Shown piece by piece: positions 56,791 through 64,000 of a stretch of 64,000 nucleotides of DNA. The stretch's first letter is position 1; each line of letters starts with the position of its first letter. The translations under genes were made by a program, and so were the position numbers. The notes below the pieces were generated by a model. It was not told the DNA's origin. It ran no database searches and worked only from the letters and a program-made list of their open reading frames with translations. Origin of the DNA: Thermoplasmatota archaeon (GTDB taxonomy: Archaea > Thermoplasmatota > E2 > DHVEG-1); assembly GCA_025457885.1 (NCBI GenBank), contig JALOTN010000006.1, positions 5,635 through 69,634 on the forward strand, written 5' to 3'.

Positions 56791-58302
56791 CTAAATGACG
56801 GATCCCCCTGCTTGCGGATACCCACCAATCTTTAAACTAGGGTCCCCAAACAACGCCCATTGCTGCACGGTTTTTGCATCAATCGCACTATCCCAAGCAG
56901 CAGGTGTGTCCCAATCAATCGGATACCGATTCAGATAATTTGTAATCGCATTGCCCCAGGCGTTCCCAAGAATGGTTGTCCCATTCACCCCATACTCGTA
57001 AAAGAACGTTGGCTCAAGAAAATCACCAGCACCACTGAAGGACTGCTTATCCTCCTTTGACATCCCCAGTCCCGTACACCCAATCGTCGCAATCGACCCA
57101 CCATTGTTCATCCGCGTCAGCTTCCACCCCCAACACTCACGAATCCAGGTGTAATGCCAAAACAACCCTGAGGGTGACGTACGACTCGAGAAATACCGCA
57201 ACCCTTGTTCTTTGATTCCCCACAAGATATTCTTCGGTGTGACATCGAACTCGTTGTTATGACACCCTCCGACGATACACACCGGCAACATCCGTTTGTT
57301 CCGAAGAAGATCCATCGACACCGTGTTTAACCCATTAATCCAGGTCTGCGGTTTGTCCGTCGGATGAGTGCTCCAGGAAAACGCGTTCGCATGCCCCTCA
57401 AACATCAAAAAACCACACCCGCCATTGATCGCGCGAATCACATCCCGCGGCCCGGTAAAAGACTCATCAGACGTCCAGAGTTTCACTGGTTCAAACCCAG
57501 ACATATTATCAATAGCATCCTGCGTGTTTTCCTCCCCTTCATTCCCTGTCCAATTTGGGTTCAATGACTCAGGGTAGGTGTCACCAGCGACAACCACAAA
57601 CCGATGGAACCACTCCTGACCAAACGCAGTGGTCTCATAGGTAATGATCTTCCGTACCATCACCCGGACCTCAGCGTCATTCACACAAGCAAGACGCCCG
57701 ACATACACATCCGGGTACAAATCAATATCCCGGTCCCGCGCAGTCGCACCATACCATTCACCATACACCCCGTTGTTACCTGAATCCCAGCTAGAAAAAT
57801 TATGGTTCCTATCATAGAGATCCGCATAATACAACTCAGAAATAAAACACGGCTCATCCCAGCCGCTGTTATTATCCGCATTATACACATACCGAATGGG
57901 GATGGTTTCGAAATCCCCCACCAACAGGACATACGTGATCCCCCAGGTCTCCTTTGCCGTCTTAATGAAATACTTAATTTTCTCCTGCGGATCCCGCCCA
58001 TACCAGAACATCTGATGGTACACCTCGTTTAGAGTCACCAGGTTGGTCTTCACCCCCACCCGATTTTTATGGGTCACCAACGGCTGCAACTCATTGACAA
58101 ATTTTCTTGGAGCGATGATCAACAAATCATACACCACGGGAGTTGAAATTCCAGGGAAAGACCCCTTCACATACCCCCCAACATTCGTAAAGAGAGATGC
58201 ATTCTGTGCCATAAAAGCAGGACACCATAACAATCCAAAAAATACGACAGCGAGAACAAAAAGCTGTTTGATGAACACCGATTGAGATACCTTCATACGC
58301 AA
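56791..58302 (-). CDS. secreted peptidase C25 (gingipain)-like cysteine peptidase homologue, tandem paralogue
   Basis: 503 aa with a signal peptide, about 55-60% identical by eye to 55320..56744 (YVLLVGD, ELYYADLYD, VGRLAC...YETTAFGQEWF). The His lies in FLMFEGHANA and the Cys in LPVCIVGGCHNNEFD. Confidence 0.6.
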   Translation of the reverse strand: MRMKVSQSVFIKQLFVLAVVFFGLLWCPAFMAQNASLFTNVGGYVKGSFPGISTPVVYDLLIIAPRKFVNELQPLVTHKNRVGVKTNLVTLNEVYHQMFWYGRDPQEKIKYFIKTAKETWGITYVLLVGDFETIPIRYVYNADNNSGWDEPCFISELYYADLYDRNHNFSSWDSGNNGVYGEWYGATARDRDIDLYPDVYVGRLACVNDAEVRVMVRKIITYETTAFGQEWFHRFVVVAGDTYPESLNPNWTGNEGEENTQDAIDNMSGFEPVKLWTSDESFTGPRDVIRAINGGCGFLMFEGHANAFSWSTHPTDKPQTWINGLNTVSMDLLRNKRMLPVCIVGGCHNNEFDVTPKNILWGIKEQGLRYFSSRTSPSGLFWHYTWIRECWGWKLTRMNNGGSIATIGCTGLGMSKEDKQSFSGAGDFLEPTFFYEYGVNGTTILGNAWGNAITNYLNRYPIDWDTPAAWDSAIDAKTVQQWALFGDPSLKIGGYPQAGGSVI

Positions 58303-58413
58303 ACCCCTATCAATAAATATACGCGAGGCTTAATAAATCTTTCATCCTTTGTATATCCCCGAAATACACCCAAATAAAGATATTAATACAGCGTGTACCA
58401 TGGGGGGCGTCAC

Positions 58414-59139
58414 ATGAGAACCACCTGCAACTATCCCTGTTTCCGAACCAAGGAAAAACAGATTTCAAAGAGAGAGCAAAAAACACAACCTCTTCAGCTT
58501 GTATTTTTCGATATGGACGGAGTCCTGCTTGATACCGTCAGCTCATGGAAATACATCCATGAACAATTTGGGACAACCAATGAACGATCCATCATGCCAT
58601 ACCTACGAGGAGACATTGATTATCTCGAGTTCATCCGACGAGATGTCTCCCTCTGGCGAACCAATGGAGAAGCAGTCAGCAAAAAAACCCTTGAAAACAT
58701 CCTGTACTCCATCCCATTTATACCCGGTGTACAAGAAACAATCTCCTATCTAAAAAACCAGGGGATCAGAACCGCGATCGTCACTGCTGGCCTTGACATC
58801 CTTGCTGAAAAAGTCGCTGGCGAGGTTGGAATTGACTACACCTACGCAAACGCGGTAAAGGTCGGAGCAGACGGACGACTAACCGGTGAAGGCGTCCTCC
58901 AAGTAGAACTCATGCAGAAGGATAAAAACGTCCGAGACCTGGTAAAAAAACTCAATCTCCCCTTGACAGCGTGCGCCGCGGTGGGGAACTCCTGTTTCGA
59001 CATCCCCATGCTGGAGGTCTGTGGCATTGGGATCGCATTTAACCCTGAGGATACCTGCATCATTCATAACGCTGATGTAGTGGTCACTGAAAAAGATTTA
59101 CGGAAACTCATCCCCACCTTCCAGAAATACCTCTCCTGA
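58414..59139 (+). CDS. HAD-superfamily phosphatase (phosphoserine-phosphatase-like)
   Basis: HAD motif I FFDMDGVLLDT, motif II TAIVTAG, and motifs III/IV K...GNSCFD. The start is uncertain (GTG at 58393 or ATG at 58414). Confidence 0.6.
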   Translation: MRTTCNYPCFRTKEKQISKREQKTQPLQLVFFDMDGVLLDTVSSWKYIHEQFGTTNERSIMPYLRGDIDYLEFIRRDVSLWRTNGEAVSKKTLENILYSIPFIPGVQETISYLKNQGIRTAIVTAGLDILAEKVAGEVGIDYTYANAVKVGADGRLTGEGVLQVELMQKDKNVRDLVKKLNLPLTACAAVGNSCFDIPMLEVCGIGIAFNPEDTCIIHNADVVVTEKDLRKLIPTFQKYLS

Positions 59140-59268
59140 CCGATTTTTTCTTCACTACGAAAGGGACTGATCGACTGATCATCCTTTCGTTGACAAGATA
59201 TTGAATCATGGAAAATCATCTGTCGATACCTTTTAATCTGTCTTCACCTATGTCGCAGCTCGATAGCT

Positions 59269-60600
59269 ATGGTTCTTGATAATCTTGGGGATTCCCTCAA
59301 AAGGACGATCAAAAAAATCGCAAACGCAGTCCATGTCGACGCAACTCTCGTCAAAGAAATCGTCCGAGACATACAACGCGCGCTCCTCCAATCCGATGTC
59401 AACGTCAAACTCGTCCTAGAGCTTTCAAAAAAGATAGAGCAACGTGCCTTAGAGGAAAAACCACCCGCTGGTATGACCAACCGGGAGCATGTCATCCATA
59501 TCGTCTATGATGAGCTAGTCCATATCATTGGAGCATCCCGGGAGCTGGCTATTCGCAAACAAGTCATCATGATGGTCGGTTTATACGGACAAGGAAAAAC
59601 CACGAGTTGTGGGAAACTAGCGACCTATTTTAAAAGAAAAGGATTACGACCCGTGCTGATCGCCGGGGATGTGCATCGACCAGCTGCCTATGAACAACTC
59701 CAACAAATCTCCGAACAGGTTGAAGTCCCTTTCTATGGGGATAAATCAGAGAAAAACGCAGTCCGCGTCATCAAAGACGGCCTGGATAAATTCAAACGTG
59801 TCGCGGATGTCATCATCGTCGATACCTCCGGTCGACATAAACTTGAGGATGATTTAATCACCGAGATGAAAGATATCTTCAAAACCATCAAACCCGATGA
59901 GAAACTCCTGGTCATGGATGCTGCGATGGGCCAACAAGCTGGTCCGCAAGCAAAAGCCTTCAACGATGCCATCGGCATCACAGGTATAGTCCTCACCAAA
60001 CTTGACGGGACTGCGAAAGGAGGCGGGGCGTTATCAGCGGCAGCAGAAGTCGGTGCCCCTATCGTGTTCGTCGGGACTGGTGAACATTCCACTGATTTTG
60101 AGAAATTCGACCCCTCCGGGTTCATCTCCCGGCTCCTTGGGATGGGTGACATCAAATCACTCTTAGAGCGAGCTGAGGAAAGCATGAAAGGCAAGGATGC
60201 GGAAAAAACCGCTCGAAAACTCATGTCCGGGAAGTTTAACCTCAACGACATGTACGAGCAGATGAACATGATCTCTGGGATGGGGCCTTTATCAAAGATA
60301 GCAGAGATGCTCCCTGGCGGTATGTCCGGGAAACTCAAAAACGTAGACATGGATGAAACCCAGGGGAAACTGAAACGATTCCGGATCATCCTTGATTCCA
60401 TGACTAACCAGGAACGGGAAAACCCCGACTGCATCCAAGCCTCACGCATCCGGCGGATCGCCAAGGGTGCCGGGGTGGAAAATAAGGATGTCAAAGAAGT
60501 ACTGAAATATTATAACATGACGAAACGGATGATGAAAGGATTTTCCAGTGACCGAAAAATGCGTCGGAACCTCATGCGACAACTTGATTTTGGGAAATAA
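59269..60600 (+). CDS. srp54: signal recognition particle protein SRP54
   Basis: 443 aa with an N domain, a G domain (GLYGQGKTTSCGKLA, DTSGR, TKLDG) and an M domain (a Met-rich C-terminal segment). Confidence 0.85.
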   Translation: MVLDNLGDSLKRTIKKIANAVHVDATLVKEIVRDIQRALLQSDVNVKLVLELSKKIEQRALEEKPPAGMTNREHVIHIVYDELVHIIGASRELAIRKQVIMMVGLYGQGKTTSCGKLATYFKRKGLRPVLIAGDVHRPAAYEQLQQISEQVEVPFYGDKSEKNAVRVIKDGLDKFKRVADVIIVDTSGRHKLEDDLITEMKDIFKTIKPDEKLLVMDAAMGQQAGPQAKAFNDAIGITGIVLTKLDGTAKGGGALSAAAEVGAPIVFVGTGEHSTDFEKFDPSGFISRLLGMGDIKSLLERAEESMKGKDAEKTARKLMSGKFNLNDMYEQMNMISGMGPLSKIAEMLPGGMSGKLKNVDMDETQGKLKRFRIILDSMTNQERENPDCIQASRIRRIAKGAGVENKDVKEVLKYYNMTKRMMKGFSSDRKMRRNLMRQLDFGK

Positions 60601-60613
60601 ACCACCAGGGACT

Positions 60614-61948
60614 ATGCAAGTGAAGAATCAACAGGAACTGATTCTGAATGGAACAACACCAATTCTTCAGCAGAAACGACAAGATGTCCTGGAAATGCTC
60701 ACCGCTGCCCTTGATGCAGTACAACCAGCACAGGTCATCAGTCGTGTCATACGAGATTCACAGCTTTTGTTTCCCTCAGAAACCATTGACCTAGCAACGT
60801 TTGACCATGTGTATGTTATCGGTTTTGGAAAAGCAAGTGTTGGGATGACCCAAGCAGTCCTTAATGCGACGACAGTGACGAGAGGAGTGATCATTACAAA
60901 TGACGCCCAAGCAACACTGAACCATCCCTCTCTTGAGGTCGTCCTGGGAGGTCATCCGTTGCCAAATGAAGGAAGCATCCAGGGCACCGAAAAAATCCTT
61001 CAGCTGCTCCATGACTGCTCAGAAAATGATTGTGTCCTTGTCCTCATCTCTGGTGGAGGCTCCTCCTTGTTCTGCAAACCCCGTGTCCCCCTTTCTGATC
61101 TCCAACACACCATTGATCTACTGATCCGATCAGGCGCCATCATCCAGGAGATCAACACCATCCGGAAACACCTTTCATATGTTAAAGGTGGTCAACTCCC
61201 AACACAGACGAAGGCGACGTTATTCTCCTTGATTATCTCTGATGTCATCCATGATTCCCTCAGCACTATTGCCTCAGGTCCAACTGTAGCAGATCCAACC
61301 ACATTTGAGGATGCAGAGGAAATCCTTCAACGATATCAACTCTGGGGAAAGGTTCCCCCCTCTGTTCGAACGGTCATTAGAGACGGACGAAAAGGAAAGA
61401 TACCAGAAACACCAAAAGAAGATGCTGCCGTGTTTCAAAAGGTCTTCAACTACATCGTCGCCAACAACGAGGTAGCCTGCCAGACGGCGATAAACAAGGC
61501 AATCGAACTTGGTTATGATGCAAAACTACTGACGACCGCGTTAGCTGGCGAAGCAAAAACCCTTGGAAGGTATCTCGTTAATCGGATTTACAATAGTATA
61601 GCAAAGGATCGTGCTGCGTTCATCAGTGGCGGTGAGCCAACCGTGACCGTCCAAGGTCCTGGTATTGGGGGGCGGAACCAGGAGCTAGTCCTTGGATGTA
61701 TCCAGGACATCGCAGACAGCGACATGGTTATCGCTTCGATGGCGACGGATGGCATCGATGGCAATAGCATGATGGCCGGGGCGATCGCAGATGGATGTTC
61801 CTTGTATCGTGCACAAAAAAAACAATTAATCCCTGATCGTTTTTTACAGGATAATGACGCTTCTACTTTCTTTTCTGCGCTTGGTGATTGCATAAAGACT
61901 GGTGCCACGGGGACGAATGTAATGGACATCCAGATCATATTACAATGA
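60614..61948 (+). CDS. glycerate 2-kinase (MOFRL family; DUF4147 + MOFRL domains)
   Basis: About 444 aa from the ATG at 60614, directly after the srp54 stop. Motifs include GFGKAS, ISGGGSSL and GTDGIDG. The 60548 start of the table ORF overlaps srp54. Confidence 0.65.
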   Translation: MQVKNQQELILNGTTPILQQKRQDVLEMLTAALDAVQPAQVISRVIRDSQLLFPSETIDLATFDHVYVIGFGKASVGMTQAVLNATTVTRGVIITNDAQATLNHPSLEVVLGGHPLPNEGSIQGTEKILQLLHDCSENDCVLVLISGGGSSLFCKPRVPLSDLQHTIDLLIRSGAIIQEINTIRKHLSYVKGGQLPTQTKATLFSLIISDVIHDSLSTIASGPTVADPTTFEDAEEILQRYQLWGKVPPSVRTVIRDGRKGKIPETPKEDAAVFQKVFNYIVANNEVACQTAINKAIELGYDAKLLTTALAGEAKTLGRYLVNRIYNSIAKDRAAFISGGEPTVTVQGPGIGGRNQELVLGCIQDIADSDMVIASMATDGIDGNSMMAGAIADGCSLYRAQKKQLIPDRFLQDNDASTFFSALGDCIKTGATGTNVMDIQIILQ

Positions 61949-62167
61949 TTCCGAAACACCTTTTTTCAAGGCACTAATAATAAACCTTTTAAGGGAGAAG
62001 TAGATAACAAATTGGGATGAACTCAATCAAAAAACTGTTCCAAAACTAATATATAAATATTTCGTATAATAATACTGACTGAGATAATGGAAATGCTATT
62101 TACTCCTTAAAAATCATGGGAACAAAAGTAATATAAAGAGTAAAAAATCTATATATGGAGATATAAT

Positions 62168-64000
62168 ATGTCCATCATGCGTTCACTTCATACGCCCATT
62201 ACACTGGGAATTAGTACTCTTTTACTACTAGGTCTTGTCGTTCAATACACCGAAGCAAGCTCCCAAGTCTATCCCACCGATGGAATCTGGGAGGATACCT
62301 TCGATGACCGCGCTGATGTTACCTTAACAAACTGTGATGTCCTTGGGGGAGCCATCGTCCTGAACACAACACTCAGCCAGGTCTCCTATAACTTTGCCGC
62401 CCAAAAAAATCATCAGGCGTATGCATTTCAATCCTTCATTTTCTTCCCTCTTTGGAAATACTACTCTCCCCAGCGCCATCTCACACGTGAAACAAAAATC
62501 GGCAGCAATGACCTTTATAAAATCAAAGCCCTCGACCAGGATTACGCAGAACGATCAAGTAAAGGAGTCCTCTTCAGCTACGTAGCCCATCATTTCCGAT
62601 TCAAGATTGATATCGACCCTGAGACCATCGATTATGTCCTTCTCCGTTGGTATGGAAAAGCAGATGCCAGATCAAACGTCAAATTCTATTACTATAACAC
62701 CAGCTACCTCCTCGTAGGAGGCTGGGAATCCCTAAGCAACAACGTTTCAGATGGAAATGACTTCTCGGTCGTTCTAAGAATACGAAGTGGACAACTGAAA
62801 CTTGCCATGAAGGACAGCGACTACCTCGATATCCTCGTTGTTGGCAATATCTTCTCCCGGGTCAGCACACTTTCAACAAACTACATTGAAGTCCTTGCAC
62901 AAACCTCCAAAGGATTCACCTTAAACGCGGCATCGGCAATCACAAAAACCGACATCGTCCCCTATAATCTCTCCACCATCCCCCGTACGAAATTTTATTG
63001 GGAGATGCTCACCTGGGATGATTATCAACCACCATCGACCGAGGCACGCTTTCATGTCCTCTATATGAACTCCACCGGGAAATTTCGAGAAGTAGAAGAA
63101 TCCGTCTTACCAGGAAACCATAACGGGTTTCTCACCAGCCCAGTCTATCTCAACAACCTCTCAAATGATGAATATGGAACAACATACAATAAATTGAAAA
63201 TCCTGGTGAACCTCTCAACTGATTCACCCGCGGTCTCCCCTCGAATTTTCAACTGGGCGTTAACATGGCAAAATAAAAGCCACTGGCATGATTCATTTAA
63301 TACGCTCTACCGGATAGAATCTCGGTCTAAAATCAATCTAGTGAATGGATCGATTATGATATCATCCACCCAAGATGAATGGCCTGTGTTCGGATATGAT
63401 ACTGCAAACACCCGCGCCTCTGCAGGAAAAGGTGCCACAAGCAATAACCTGTATTGGTTCAGCGCAGAAGATGTCGGTGGGGGATACCGTAACCCTATCA
63501 TAGGAAATGGTTTTGTTTATATCATCTCAGATGCAAACACCTTACATCAATACCCTATACTCTTATCAAACAGTGCAGATGAAGGGGAACCATTGGTGAA
63601 TAGTTCTCAAGTCTCCTTTGAATCCGAGTACGGCTTCGACAACCCTGTCGTCAGCTCCCCTGCTGCAACAGATTCTGTGGTGATCGTCGCAACAGGAAAA
63701 CAAGCACCCACCGGGACATCAAATTACATCTATGGGTTTTCCCATGACAATCTCTCCGCGATCTGGCCTGCTTATGAATATCCTGAAAAAATCTGCTATG
63801 ATGCATCACCTATAGTGGATGGTTCTTGGATATTTATCACTACCTGGGGTGGAGACAATAAAAGTTATCTCATGGAATCACAGCGGTACACGAATAATAA
63901 ACTTCTTGCGATGAAATTTAACGCTGTATCCGGAATCCAATCCGTAACCGATTACGAAATACCCGCTCCTAGTTTCTCCAGCCCTGCGGTCACCTCTGAT
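62168..64000 (+). CDS. secreted protein with C-terminal PQQ-like beta-propeller repeats (3'-partial, runs off window)
   Basis: A manual translation from the ATG at 62168 finds no in-frame stop to position 64000 (more than 610 codons). It has a signal peptide (MSIMRSLHTPITLGISTLLLLGLVVQYTEA) and late repeats such as NPIIGNGFVYIISD, SPAATDSVVIVATG and SPIVDGSWIFITTWGG. It is absent from the ORF table, presumably because it has no stop. Confidence 0.6.
   Translation, partial: MSIMRSLHTPITLGISTLLLLGLVVQYTEASSQVYPTDGIWEDTFDDRADVTLTNCDVLGGAIVLNTTLSQVSYNFAAQKNHQAYAFQSFIFFPLWKYYSPQRHLTRETKIGSNDLYKIKALDQDYAERSSKGVLFSYVAHHFRFKIDIDPETIDYVLLRWYGKADARSNVKFYYYNTSYLLVGGWESLSNNVSDGNDFSVVLRIRSGQLKLAMKDSDYLDILVVGNIFSRVSTLSTNYIEVLAQTSKGFTLNAASAITKTDIVPYNLSTIPRTKFYWEMLTWDDYQPPSTEARFHVLYMNSTGKFREVEESVLPGNHNGFLTSPVYLNNLSNDEYGTTYNKLKILVNLSTDSPAVSPRIFNWALTWQNKSHWHDSFNTLYRIESRSKINLVNGSIMISSTQDEWPVFGYDTANTRASAGKGATSNNLYWFSAEDVGGGYRNPIIGNGFVYIISDANTLHQYPILLSNSADEGEPLVNSSQVSFESEYGFDNPVVSSPAATDSVVIVATGKQAPTGTSNYIYGFSHDNLSAIWPAYEYPEKICYDASPIVDGSWIFITTWGGDNKSYLMESQRYTNNKLLAMKFNAVSGIQSVTDYEIPAPSFSSPAVTSD

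Noticed and set aside
59733-60494. 253-aa minus-strand ORF
   Set aside because: It lies entirely antisense to srp54, which is unambiguous. Its composition is S/P/M-rich with no motif.
60548-60613. 22-codon N-terminal extension of the glycerate kinase overlapping srp54
   Set aside because: It overlaps the last 53 nt of srp54 and is not conserved. The ATG at 60614 directly follows the srp54 stop.
61949-62167. ncRNA in the 219-bp AT-rich gap containing CTGACTGAG
   Set aside because: It has CUGA-like boxes but no C box, no stem-forming ends and no conserved structure. It is most likely the promoter and leader of the downstream secreted-protein gene.
1-64000. CRISPR arrays or cas genes
   Set aside because: No regularly spaced direct repeats were seen in any intergenic region, and no Cas-like ORF is present.

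Overview
This is a 64-kb chromosomal segment from an archaeon. The assignment rests on archaeal-type markers: MfnA tyrosine decarboxylase, aMBF1, L7Ae/S28e/L24e, short archaeal TIM, long PheS-alpha, SRP54, deoxyhypusine synthase, COG1340 coiled-coil proteins, an Sm protein, and the HMG-CoA synthase/thiolase/DUF35 trio. The coding strand uses GGAGG-type RBSs and many leaderless starts, with oligo-T terminators. The window carries no CRISPR array, no integrase, transposase or phage genes, and a single tRNA (Ile-GAT). Housekeeping genes (translation, mevalonate pathway, glycolysis/PPP, GlnA, a hut pair, carbamate kinase) are interleaved with a large set of secreted or membrane proteins. These include four gingipain/caspase-fold (clan CD, C25-like) peptidase homologues, an M28 aminopeptidase, three proteins sharing a PKD module, and a translationally coupled pair of giant paralogous polytopic membrane proteins with duplicated extracytoplasmic modules. 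This content fits a protein-degrading, sediment-type archaeon, possibly Thermoplasmatota-like, which is an inference. The points most worth checking are the giant-membrane-protein module at 8.0-15.1 kb, the clan-CD peptidase complement, a histidine ammonia-lyase whose MIO tripeptide is Ala-Cys-Gly rather than Ala-Ser-Gly, a creatininase-family gene with no canonical start upstream of its conserved N-terminus, an orphan DNA methyltransferase, and a 611-codon signal-peptide ORF running off the window end that the ORF table omits. Function calls are from motif recognition by eye, and all family assignments should be confirmed by HMM searches.
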